A stretch of DNA of 64,000 nucleotides from assembly GCA_900617105.1 (NCBI GenBank), contig UYFQ01000265.1, positions 1 to 64,000 of the forward strand, in the 5' to 3' direction. The translations under genes were made by a program, and so were the position numbers. The notes under the pieces are model-generated. The model searched no databases. It saw only the letters and a list, made by a program, of their open reading frames with translations, and was not told the origin of the DNA. This document shows, piece after piece, positions 50,401 through 62,622 of the stretch. The DNA is from Hydrurus foetidus. Lineage: Eukaryota. Every line of letters begins with the position of its first letter. Positions within the stretch are counted from its first letter, which is position 1.

Positions 50401-52973
50401 GGATCATCAAATCAGTAAGTGATTACTCCTTTTCTATTTCTTGCATATTTTACATTTGACATTCCCTGCGTATTGCTCGCTTACTTAATAATAAATCTGC
50501 ATACTTTTTTACTCCTATACATATTCATTTACTCATTTACTTACTCCCCATTTTTGTTAGCTTACTTACTTACTTACTTTCTTACTTACTTATTTACTTG
50601 CATTTTTCTTATTCACTTTCTCACTTGTTTGCTTATCATTTCGTTAAATTTATCAATTTCTCTTTCACGTACTCTTCGCACTCTTCACAGCACCACGCCA
50701 GTATATCAACAATCGGATGATGGCAATCAAAATCGTCACACCCCTAAAGGGGGTCAATTCTCACCACCTTTTTCTCCCAATTTTATTCCTAACGATTTGA
50801 AAACTGCCGGAACAGGATCAGAATTGTGAGTATCTCATTTTTTTCTTGCAGGAACTATTTATTTATTTATCCAATTAATTTATAATGCTTTAATTTTTTA
50901 TCGTGTTGTCACACAAATTGATGCAAATTAAAAATTAATAACTGATAAGACCGGCAAAAGCTAAATTACCAAATGCTCCGTAATCGATGCCGAGTATCTC
51001 CAACAATTTTATCTGCAACAAAAGTCCGCAATTACTGTATTAAGTGATTAATTAATTCACCGGAAATATCGAATCATAGAAGTAATCACGTCACTCTATC
51101 CACTCCATTTTATTTCATTTATTTGATACGATCATAAATATGCATCAAACGACAACTTTACACATTGTCACTTTACAAATCATTCCCTTTATAAGTCCAA
51201 AACAGTGCATCGTTCTCAACTGATAGCACTGGACACAGAATGAATTTGAATATTACGAAATTTATCACAACCTAATTGGTTATCTATCCATGGAAACTCA
51301 ACTTCAGACACTACCACTTAACACAACACAACGCAACCTAGCACACTAAAACTCAACGTCTTACAATACTACTACAATAAATCGCACAATACTGCAGCGA
51401 TCACGCCACTCCCAACGTAAGAGAAAGAGATAGAGAAAGAGAAAGAGAAAAAGACATGATTAGAATCGAGAAAGAAAGAACTACAAGATTGATAAAACAA
51501 TACAAAATGGAAAAAGGACACGTACTCGAGGTACTTCTGAACAGTACTTACGCCACCTTTCTCCTCTTATCCTCACTATTCTTTTTTTCTCCTCTCGTCT
51601 TCTTTTTTCTTTTTAATTTTCTTTCTTTTTTTCTCATCTTCTCATCTCACGTACTGTAAACTATTCTACGGCAATCAAAAAAAGAAGTAATGACAACATA
51701 TCAAAATTTACTCCGCATTAAATACGTAAAAACCAACGAGAATCTGATGTTAACAATATTTCATTCCATGCAGACAATGGTGACTCTCCACGAAGAGCTA
51801 GATATAGCACACAAAAAGCAGCAGAAATTGAACCGTACGGTAAAACACGTACAGTCTCTAAAGGAAATGCAGGAGAAGCTTACTCTGAGTGTCCTGCAGA
51901 GCCACGCGGTAGACAAGGGCATCATCGAGGTGCGTGCAGTGTGCAGGATGTGGTGTGGTGTGATTAGTGGGTGATGTGGTACGGTGTAGTGGAGCGCGAT
52001 GTGGTATGATGTAATGTTGGTGATGTGGTGCGGTGTGACATGATGTGATGTGATATGGCACGGTGTAATGTGAAATTGTGCAATTAGATTTCGCGCGTAG
52101 AGCGCAGTACAGAGCACTGCATTACACGTTACCACAGTATCACCTCATTTGATCACAATAACATTACAGAAGAGAACTAAATATATCTTCTCACTGTAGG
52201 AGTTGAAGAGGACAGTATTCACACCAACAGACGAAACAGACATTGATCAGAAAATAGGATACAAACCTCCACAAGTAGAAGCGACCAGAAGCAATTCTGT
52301 TCTGAGACGTACGGATAGCAGTGTGGCAAAATCAGCCGTAGTACGGCAAGATTCTGCGGGGGAACCTCCCCGTACGCCCGTTAATCGCTCTAGACGGGAG
52401 GACAGAAGGGATGAAAGGAGAGATGAAAGGAGGGAGGAAAGGAGGGAAGAAAGGGGTCCAGAGAGTGGTAAACATGATGCCGTACTTCCTCAGACATCTG
52501 CAAGCCATCAAATAACGAGTGGGGATGTGAAGGTCAGAGAGATGTCAAGAAGGAGAAAACAAGCCACTGCTCTACGTAGCTCTACTAGGGAGGCGGAAAA
52601 GAGGCGGACTTTTATATCGAGTGACGGGGATGATGGGGACAGATTGGGAGGGATGTATGCAGAATCAGAGAGCTACAGTGTGATAGGAGATGAGTCAGTC
52701 ACAGGGGGGTCTGTCATAGGAGGATCAGTGGTTGGAGGGTCCGTAATTGGGGGGTCTGTTGTGGGAGGAGAAAAAGGAGGAGGAGTTGGCGATGAAGAAA
52801 GTGTTACGAAAGGTAGCGAGTTTAGTGCGGGTGAGACGAAGGAGGAGTCCGTCAAAACTAACGTTCCTAAGACAAGTCAAGGGTTTGTAGTACAGCCCAC
52901 TGAAGTGGCTCCTCCTACCAGTGCACTCGATCCTATTCTCGCTCTATTCGACTTTAGCTCCTACTACTCTTGA
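41409..52973 (+). CDS. Myosin heavy chain: motor, ~5 IQ motifs and coiled-coil/low-complexity tail, about 22 exons
   Basis: Motifs [14 protein letters not shown]-loop [10 protein letters not shown] (~42250-42280), [55 protein letters not shown] and GRTKVFF. IQ-like repeats at ~48200-49000. Confidence 0.93.
42905..43165 (+). repeat. (GTGTA/GTACT)n pentamer repeat at the 5' end of a myosin intron
   Basis: Directly visible. Confidence 0.9.
48495..48662 (+). repeat. (TTA)n microsatellite in myosin intron
   Basis: Directly visible. Confidence 0.95.
51945..52072 (+). repeat. (GTGGT/GTGAT)n degenerate pentamer repeat at an intron 5' end
   Basis: Directly visible. Confidence 0.8.
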
Positions 52974-53778
52974 AGAAATAGTTTGTCTTTTCCCTAATAC
53001 CTACTTACTGATTTTTTTAATTTCTGATCTCTGATTTTTTTAGGTTGAACGACATTTATAGTTTGTTAACTTTTAGATGAGAAGTGTATGTCCGTCCATC
53101 CGTTACACCTTTTGTCTCGGTTGCTTATGTTTATTACACCGACTACCCACAGCTCTTACAATCTCTCGTACTTTTTCTGTTACAGACTCATAAATCTTAG
53201 AGCTCTGAAATAGTTACTTAATTGTGAGAATTAATTTAGAGACTAGCTAGGATAGTCAAACTGTTACATAGTTTTGTGACGTGCTCTTTTTGCTTTTAAT
53301 TTTCAGTAGGGCAGTAGAGCACGTACTTACTTTTCAACGCTCTTTGCTCTTGAACAATTTTTAAACTTTCGATATTTTCATTATTTTAACATAACACTTA
53401 CTAGATATCCTCTTCGGAAAAGAACTATTTTTACATTTTTATCATGGCGTGCGCCACTCTTCCGCGAATTTGATATAATTTACAACGGGAAAGGCGTCCA
53501 GTCAAATAGTTTGGCATAGAAGCACAATGTAACAATGCCTCACCAGAATGGGTGAATCTGATGTAATCTATCTCTGTCTTCGGGATAACCGATGCTCACC
53601 AGTCACCATTTCAGTATGGCCAACAATTCGAATTATTCGAAAATTTGAATTTTCTGAATAACTCTCGCTGAGAGTTGAGACAGATTTCATCCGCAACTCA
53701 TGTCATCTTTTAAGATCTGTCGTTACGGCTACCTATTTGTCAAATCCTTAGCACCTCTTGAATTGAAGGCTGTAAGAA

Positions 53779-54783
53779 ATGCCTTTTAACGCTGATGCCC
53801 GGACAGCAGTACCTATAACAAATGATTTTAACATCCCAAGACTTATAACAGCAGTCATTCTATCTATTGGTCTTGCATTTCATGGCTACTCGAAGAAATC
53901 TCTCAATATAAATGGTGCCATAAGTGCACTTCTTGTTGGATTCACATCATTCGCTGTGTCCACTCGATTCGGTATTATTCTCATACTCTTCTACTACACA
54001 AGTTCAAAGCTCACAAAACTGAAGGAGGCTGTGAAAGCAAAGTTGGAAGATGAATATGTGTCCGGTGGTCAAAGAGGGTGCACGCAAGTTCTCGCATGCT
54101 CGTTCCTTGGTACTATAGTATGCATTCTGTTTTACGCATATGTTGGCGAAGACTGCCATGTCGATTTTACGGGCGACTCCTCCGTGACGACGATGGATTT
54201 TCTGCCATTTCAAGTTCGAAGGAATCATGCAGCTGCCTACCTATGGTCTATGTACATTGCCCACTATTCTTGCGCAACAGCCGATACGTGGGCAAGTGAA
54301 GTGGGCATATTATCAAAAGAGAGGCCACGATTGATTACATCTTTACTCCTTCGCGATGTACCTCATGGGACAAACGGAGGAGTATCTATTCTGGGCACTT
54401 TGGCAAGCATGGCTGGTGGCGCCTTTATTGGCTTTATATTTTGGATATTGTCCTTTCCTCACTCTTCAGATCCGGAAGGTCATCATGTTCAGTATCCTAT
54501 GATTTTGGTGGGAATGTTCTGCGGATTTTTCGGATCCTTAATAGATTCAATTCTCGGTGCAACGGTGCAGGCAACGTACTACTCGACAGATAAAAAATGC
54601 ATCGTAAAGAAATTGAAGATTGTAAATGGTTCCGTACGCATGACGGGTATCGATCGCATTTGCGGTCTTGATATACTTTCAAACGAAGCTGTCAATTTTC
54701 TTTCCACCTTTCTCACGATGGTTCTGTCAATATGGTTGGGTCCCGCTATCTTCTGTTTTTGTGATTCAAATCAGTGTAAATAA
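53779..54783 (+). CDS. TMEM19: TMEM19/DUF92 membrane protein
   Basis: Motifs KKSLNINGA, SSKLTK, GGQRGCTQVLA, ADTWASEVG, VPHGTNGGVS, GSLIDSILGATVQ and LSNEAVNF. Intronless. Confidence 0.9.
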   Translation: MPFNADARTAVPITNDFNIPRLITAVILSIGLAFHGYSKKSLNINGAISALLVGFTSFAVSTRFGIILILFYYTSSKLTKLKEAVKAKLEDEYVSGGQRGCTQVLACSFLGTIVCILFYAYVGEDCHVDFTGDSSVTTMDFLPFQVRRNHAAAYLWSMYIAHYSCATADTWASEVGILSKERPRLITSLLLRDVPHGTNGGVSILGTLASMAGGAFIGFIFWILSFPHSSDPEGHHVQYPMILVGMFCGFFGSLIDSILGATVQATYYSTDKKCIVKKLKIVNGSVRMTGIDRICGLDILSNEAVNFLSTFLTMVLSIWLGPAIFCFCDSNQCK

Positions 54784-55469
54784 ATGTGCATTATGTATGT
54801 ATGCGAGTAATATCGCCAATAGCCCTGTTACAGGTGCATTTCATATTGTTATTCTTGTTAATAGCGCCCGTCTAAGATTGGCTGATGATCTTCCTATACT
54901 TGGTAATGCCATACTAATTCCCCACAGAATTAGCTTCCTCTTCCACAATCAATATTTTTAAGTGATCTCCGAAGAACTGTTCGTGTAGAATATGTATGAA
55001 TTCTCCCGCCAGGTTTTCAAACCACCACAACTACTGCATGCAGCATTGTAATTAGTGAATAGTGAATAGTGGACCTGTATCTATCCGTAGGAAACACTTC
55101 CGTTCTCTACTTTAGATCCTTTTGATGAATTTGGATTATCATTTCGAAAATATATCATCGGCAGGATTCAAAACATAATTCCGAGTAGCGGATGTTTCTG
55201 TCCGCGCATGTCACGGTCTTCTCTTCAAGTGGTGCAAAAATGAAGTTGAAGTGTTCTTCAATAAATGAAGGTGTCCGCACTTCAGTCCGGTGAGTACCCA
55301 TCACCCGTGGATCACGGATTCGACTCAATTGCAGCAATTAAATTCCAAATTTCGACGGTTTCTGAAGAAGATGTCAAAGTCTTCTTCTGCCATAGGAATA
55401 GGATTATATTTACAGCTGAGTAGGAAGTATCAGTCAATCTCGGTATCAATCAGTACCTCTCACGCTGGC

Positions 55470-56220
55470 ATGGGAAACGCCTTCTCCGTCTGTTTGGGTG
55501 ATCTCTATCCGAATCAACCTCCGGATGTGATCCCTCCAGTTGTTGTATCTAATCTGAAGAATGCAGACATAAAAGTTTTCCCGAGGTGCTGCTTCGGTGC
55601 AGGCTGCTACTGGGGTACAGAGAAATATTTCCTCTATGACTTTACAAAGAAGTGCCTTGTAGAGGGATCAATTACAAAGGGCGCCGTCGGCTTTATGGGC
55701 CCAGCGTCAGCGAAAAGGAATCCTACTTACAAAGAAGTCTGTTCAGGAACAACTGGTCATGTTGAGGTCTACGACTGCGAGTTTACCGGTGGTGCCCCAT
55801 ACTACGAAGCTATGGTTCGCTTCTTCTTCCAGTTTCACGATCCGACGACAGCTAACAAGCAAGGCAATGACTCAGGAACTCAGTACGCCAGTGTGATATA
55901 TTGTTACGATGAAGCACAGCTACAAATAGCGACTCAAGTAAAGGAAGAATTGCAGAACTTAGTGAACTTGAATCTTTTGACCTGCTTTCAAACGAAGAAA
56001 ATTGAGACAGATATTCGCATTGTAGAGTCCGAATTTTTTCCTGCTCAACAAGAGCATCAGGACTATCTTCTGAAGAATCCGGGGGTAAGCTCTCAAAAAT
56101 GAAATTCTGCTTGCACATTCTCTGAATAACGATATTCAAATTCAAAATAATCTCTTCTTGCAGGGTTACTGCAATCACAGGATGCGCTTTCCAGAGTGGC
56201 CAATAGCGAAGAAGAAATGA
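55470..56220 (+). CDS. msrA: Peptide methionine sulfoxide reductase A, 2 exons
   Basis: Motifs GAGCYWG, PTYKEVCSGTTGHVE, HDPT..NKQGNDSGTQYAS and AQQEHQDYL. Intron 56085-56163 is followed by GYCNH...KKK*. Confidence 0.93.
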
Positions 56221-57590
56221 AAGCAGAGAGTGCAAGAACATGTTTTATAATATTATCTTCGTCGTTTTTGTGAGCAGGATTTTCGAATCATGGTTTCCCA
56301 ATTTTGTCAAAGCTAATTCTACGTAGCGGATAGCTGGTTTATTCACATAGGAGATTGAAATCAATTAAAATATCCACAGCAGGTTTAATCGATAGCACAT
56401 TATAGTGCATAAAATTCTTTATTATCTTATATCATGCTGCTGGACGGCATGAAAGATTTCTATTTATCACTCTTTAGTTTTCCTTAGATTCTATTATTCT
56501 GAAGTTATTGGTGACTTACTGCAATTAACAGAATTTATTATGATGAGAAACTCAGCGAAATAGGCTGTCACATTTCATGGACAGTCATTTGACACCAAAA
56601 TGCTTGTAGCCGCCTTAACTGACTTACATGCAACTAAATACTGATGACTTATCATTTATTATCAAATTGTGCGGTTATGTCAACTCCTTGCGGAGTTGCC
56701 CTATTGCAACTATGCACTCTGTATTTTCACGGAAGAGATAAACCTTAATATTAAAAGGTCTTACGAAAAACTTCAGGAACATTTTTTACTTTCTGCAAAA
56801 AACTTTTCTTGTATTTTGAAAAAGCGAGCGTACTGTTAATCGATTCTTCCAACGGATTTATTGGTAAAATCGTCATTTTACTCAGAATGACGGGAGTGTG
56901 TTATCATTTTATCAGCAAAATTTATGTGATCATACGAAGTTGATCAAAGATCACATTGTATCAATTTGATCACCCTCACGTGAATTCTACTGTCAGATTT
57001 GGGAAGAAGTTCCTGTATTGAAACCCATTACAACATAGTTCAACATGTTTCATACGGTATTGTGGAGGATTGCACATCACATACATTATCTATCTACATC
57101 AGGACGTTTCAAAATCGTCCAGTTATTCCAATCAAATAATTATTGAAAAAAAAAGTTCATAAAAAACTAGGAACACACCAAGATGTCATGAAATGACGTA
57201 GAAACTTTCAAAAATAATTAATTTCTATTTTTACTTTTTACAAAGAAATAATTTGAATCTTCATCGCGCGTCACTCTTCCTTGTACCTACGGTAGTTACC
57301 GTACGTCCACAATATCATATCAATGGAAACAACTGCCGCTGCTGTGCAGTTACAGTATGGAGGATCAGCAGCGCAGGGCTGTCGACACCGTCACTGTAGG
57401 TGATCAGGGCAACGTTGGTGTCCTAACACCTCTCTGGAGTATCCGTCATAAATCTGTACCTCTGATCAGACGGTGGTTTGCCACTTGCCTCAGAGTATTT
57501 CGATTGATGACGTACCATATAGGTCGATACTCGACAGACTCTTAACCTGAATAGGTGACTGCGGAAAACATCGGCTGATACATCGCAGGA

Positions 57591-60500
57591 ATGGCGACTG
57601 ACATGTTACTGAGCCGCTATCTGATCAATCAGTACAGAGTCTCGTGCAACTTACCTAACTCCATCATTAGAAAGTTAGACATGAACTGCTTAGAGATAAA
57701 CGATGCTGATTTAAGTGCTGATGACGTTTCTCCATTATGCTCCTTCTTACTTGGGAAAGAGGTAAGAAAGTATCAGAACATTCTATGTATGCCTGCGTAC
57801 CTCCTCAAGCTTTGGTTAGTACTTTTTCCTAACTTCTCGACAAATTGTGAAGGCCACATGCTCGATTGAAACCTTGATACTGAAGTCAAGGAGTAATCAA
57901 GATAAGTCCTTTTCTTCGATTGATGGCACCATGAGAGAGGAGCCCAGCTGCTTCTATAAAGATAGCGATAAACCCGGAGGATCGCCTGCTATCAACAGTA
58001 AACTGATGAATGCAGTGGTAGTTTTCATATCTAGGAGTCTGAATTTGCACACAGTTATTATGGACTCTATCAAGATGCAGTCGAACTTCGTCTCTGGACT
58101 TGGTGAAGCTCTCTCGACATCTAAATCAGGTACAGAATGTTGTTTCCTACAACGTCTGTGGCTGAGCCAATACCTACTCTCCTAATGATATGCAGCATTT
58201 CTGTCCATTTCTCAATTCAACTAAAACACTACACCAAAATATATGTGTACTACAAATAATCATCTTAAAACCCAAATAGCAACTCTTGCATTTTATATAA
58301 TTGTAGTAACTGTCTATCTTTCTATTCTTTTTTCTCCATACAGTTATAAGGTGGCTGTCTTTCAAATCTTGCCCTTTGGGGAATGCTGGATTGAGAATTT
58401 TGAGACCTCACATCGGAAGAATGCAACTTCAAGTTCTGGTTTTTGAGAAGTGTAAATTAAGTGACGACTCGTGTGCGTATTTGGCGAGCATAATTAAGGT
58501 AACAGAAATGGTCGAAGTCAGAATTCGAAATTTGAATTTTAACAGAAGCTGTCTCTGGTCTGTAGTCTTCAATAACTACATTCTGCATTTTTTTTAAATT
58601 CACTAACACAATACTCTACTCCACACTACACTACACTGCACTGCACTACATAACAACTAAACAATATGCATTGCACAGTCTCAGGAAGCAATGCTTGACA
58701 CGATGTTCTGGAATGCGACACTCAAGGCTGATCCACAGTCCCTGTCCTTATCCGGTTCATCGGCAGCGGAACGTACGAAACAAACAAACCGCGTACTGTC
58801 ATCAGGATTAGTAGCCATCAGTTTAAACGGAAATAATATAACAAAAAGTGGAGTTGATTTACTTCAAAAAGTCATCGCAACGAACCACTGGTTTTTAGGT
58901 GAGAAAATTTCAAAATATTTTAAAAGATGGTAGTAGACAGAAATCCATGGATCTGTGAATTCCTGATTTCCCGTGATTATGTTTTTGACTTATGTTGTAT
59001 TTTATCCGACAAATGTCTTTTATTTGTAGGTCTGAATATAGCAAACAATTTGATAGATCACGATGGTGTTGAATTGTTGGTCAGATCTATACGGAATAAC
59101 ACCGCACTTCACGCCATACTACTCGGTGGAAATCCTGGTTTCAGTACAGAGGCTGCTCAGTTCTCCTATCAATCGACATCTAAAGTGCCCTCCAGACTCA
59201 GTTTCATGCCGAAAGGCATTTCAATGCTGCTCAAGAGATGGATGCAACTTCAGTCATCTGAGACTTTGGGTGGCCCTACATCCAACAATACTTCCGTATC
59301 TGCATATCCCAATTTTGGAAGATACGTGAATGAGTCTACCGCAGAACCGTTACGAAATGATACGTCTGATTGGGATGCGGATAGTTCGAGAATGTCACGT
59401 CAAATGACCGATATGTGGGTGAAAAGTAGCGGTAGCGGAGAACTTCACGATCATGATCATAGTGAAAGTATCAATAAATCACACGGACGAGAAATGAGGG
59501 CTAGTGGTGAAGGAACAAGGGGACAGTTTCAGTACCAGAACCAAGACCTTGAATTCCAGAAATTACGCATCCTAGAGGGGGTACAAAAAGAAAATTCAGC
59601 TAGAGCTATTTTTGAGGGCAGAAATGAAGAAAGAAATGAAATGAGAAATGAAGTGAGAAAAGAATTAGGAATTGTTTCACGAAATCAATTTGAAGTTGAA
59701 AATGAAAATGATGGTGTGAATGGACACAAAAATGCACGTGAATATGGACTTGGACACGGGATAGATTCTTTCAAAGTATATTTGAAGTCTGAGTTGAACA
59801 GTTCTGCTTCATTGTATCCGGTTAAGACATCAACATCAGCAAAAACTCGATACAATTCAGCAGATACGCCAACTGGTAATGCTGCTAGTCATAGCAATAG
59901 CAATAGTAGAACTCCATTCACCGCTCCATACTCTGCTGTGCCAAACAGTAGAAACTCCTATGAAAGGAGACGAAATTCCAGTAACATCAGAGAACACTAC
60001 AATTACTCAGGGACCCCGAACTCATATTCTGGAATTAAGACCCCGGTTCCGGTTCATCATTTACGATCTACAAGTGTCGGTTCCACCCCCTTAGGGGGAA
60101 AGGAATATCTCTGGGCTAGTTCCTCTGCTAGTGGCACTATGGGTCAGATGATGAGGAATCTGATCAGTCCCCAGGGGGGAGACAGAGGGGCGAGAGGGGG
60201 AGGGGGGGGTAAGGAAAGGTCTCACAGCGCATCTAGAGCTCCGTCTCCTAGTCTAGTGGCTAGACGGCAGGCAAGTGCGTGTGCGAGATTGTCGAAGGGA
60301 GAAGCATCTGCAGAGCGTTATGTCCCACCTATGAGGGCCAAGAGCTCTCCCACTAGACCGCATCAGAACAGAGTACCGCACAGCACAGACAGTAGAGAAA
60401 GAGAAAGGGAGAGGAACAGGGACTGGGATAGGGACAATGAGAGGAGGAACACAGATAGGAGAAGCAGAAGTGTGAGTGCCTCAAAAGAAAGGAATGCAAG

Positions 60501-61741
60501 ATCACCAAGTCAGGCACATACACGCTATCGAGATGACTATCTGATTGACGAAAGTACTCATAGAGAGGTGAGAAAAATACCAAAAAGTGAAGGCAGTAGC
60601 ACCAAAAAAAAGAAAAAAAGTAAGACAGCTACCCCCATGATTGATATCAAACAGGAGAGAGATGAAGAAAGAGAACGTCTAGCTTTACTGCAGCAGCAGG
60701 TTCTCGAAGGTGTGCTATCTCGTTTTTCTCATTCTGTGAAAGAAATGAACAGGTCGTTGGAATCTGTTAGTGACCAGTTACGAGATGTTAGTGGGTCTCT
60801 ATCAGCGTCAATGTTAGAGAGGGCAAGAAACTATACGGATAAGGACAGTCCGTTACCTGTGGTAAGAACACACACAGAACAATCGCCTTTTGTGCAGAAC
60901 AGTCCGGCAAGAATGGAAGCACCGCTTGCACTTACGTCAGTACGCACTGACACCAGCTCAGACCACTCTGCCAATGGAATTAGTCTAAATCACAATTCAG
61001 CAGTAAAGTCTACGGTACCACCCGGTATACACGGTATGAATAACGTCAGTGCACATACGCACTTGGACGCTCACGTTGATACAGATGTTGATGCGGGTGT
61101 TCATACGGGGACACTACGGGACAATTTAGGGGAGACTTTTGGCCGTAGTCGGGGGTCCCTCATGCACCGGTCTGGGACGTGGACTGGGGAGAGCCTGATG
61201 GACGAGCCAGCAGCTGTACCTGTAGCTCAAGTTGAAGTCAAACAGTCTCTGCTGTCTGCCTTTATGACACTTACGAAAGTCAAAGTAGAAAGAGAAAGAG
61301 AAGGAGAAAGAATATGGCACGCATGTTAGTACGCACGTGAGTCCTAAAAAGACGGTGAGTGACGTCAGTCACAATCGGCACACACACAGTCACACTAATA
61401 CCGTCAGTCCCAGTCCCGTCAGTTCTAGTCATGACCGCTGGTCAGCTCGAATCATGTCTGCTTCCCTTCCGACTCATAAAATCAGTGCTAGCAGTGAGAG
61501 AAGTGGTATCAGTAACGGCATCAGTAACGGTGTTAGTCACGACAACAGTAGCAATAATGGTGTTGTGAAAATACTGAACGGTATTAAAAACGGTCATATT
61601 CCTCTTCACGAACCTGCCGTATTGAGCGATGCAGAGATAGCCACACTTATACGGGATAGACTGCGAAAAAAATTAAAATCAGTGCTGCGTCCCAAAGTCC
61701 CCCCTAACCCTTTGGGTCCCCCCTCATCCGCATCCCCCTAG
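57591..61741 (+). CDS. CEP78: CEP78-like LRR centriolar protein with a long disordered C-terminus
   Basis: Spliced LRRs read LASIIKSQ..FWNATLK..GLVAISLNGN..NHWFLGLNIANN..LVRSIRNNTALHAILLGGNP, parallel to CEP78 as I recall it. Exons ~57591-57761, 57853-58129, 58344-58498, 58679-58898, then 59030 onward. The stop is at 61329, or at 61741 if a frame break near 61290 is bridged. Confidence 0.7.
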
Positions 61742-62622
61742 GGAATAGTGGAGGATCCGATTTAGTAGTTGATTTACACGTGTTCGTACAGTATGGGGAG
61801 GTCGTTCACTTTCATTAGACTGACATTAGAAAGATAGTACTTATATGCAGGATTTTCGTCTTTTTATTTCCCTTTTTTTGTCATCACAACCTGCGTTAAA
61901 ATGTTGATCAATATGGCCATTTTGGCATTTTGTCGGACCACGTTTCCTTTTCATTTTTAACAGTATTTTCGATCCCCAGTTCTGGTCCCAGAAATTTCAT
62001 TTGTCCAGATTATATGGCACTGAAAAGTGTAGATTAGTTTCATCTGAATTAGATGGTACTTCCTCAATATTGATGTTTCATCTCGTGAGTATAGTAATTT
62101 ACACAGCCAATAGGGATGGTTTAAGAGTTCACTTGATAAACATGTCTCATGATTCCTACTCGGATGAATCAAAAAGAGTACTCACAAATTGCAGGAGGAA
62201 ACCATCACTTTAAATGATCGGTTCACTGCGGCATGCAGTGTCTTGAACAATGTCACGAATAAATCTTGCATTGTGATGGGGCTCTAGAGTGTATCAATGT
62301 CGATACGAAAGGTATCAGTATCGAGTAGGTACTGAAGTCTTTTTCCCTGTACGATACGTTACAGTATGTTACGATACGGTACTACAATGATAAGAGAGCA
62401 AACCTGTCACCTTTCCGTCCATAGGAATATGATACATAGCTTCCAAAAATTATTATATTACATTCCAATTATTACATGACTGAAATAAACGATTATCGCG
62501 CAGGTGATAAACATCGGAATTTTCTTCCTGTATGCCATCGGTTTCGCTATTTAACACATGTGCAATACTATCTACAGACAGGCATCTTGTGCTGTCGTCA
62601 ACATCACCGAACATCATTGAGA

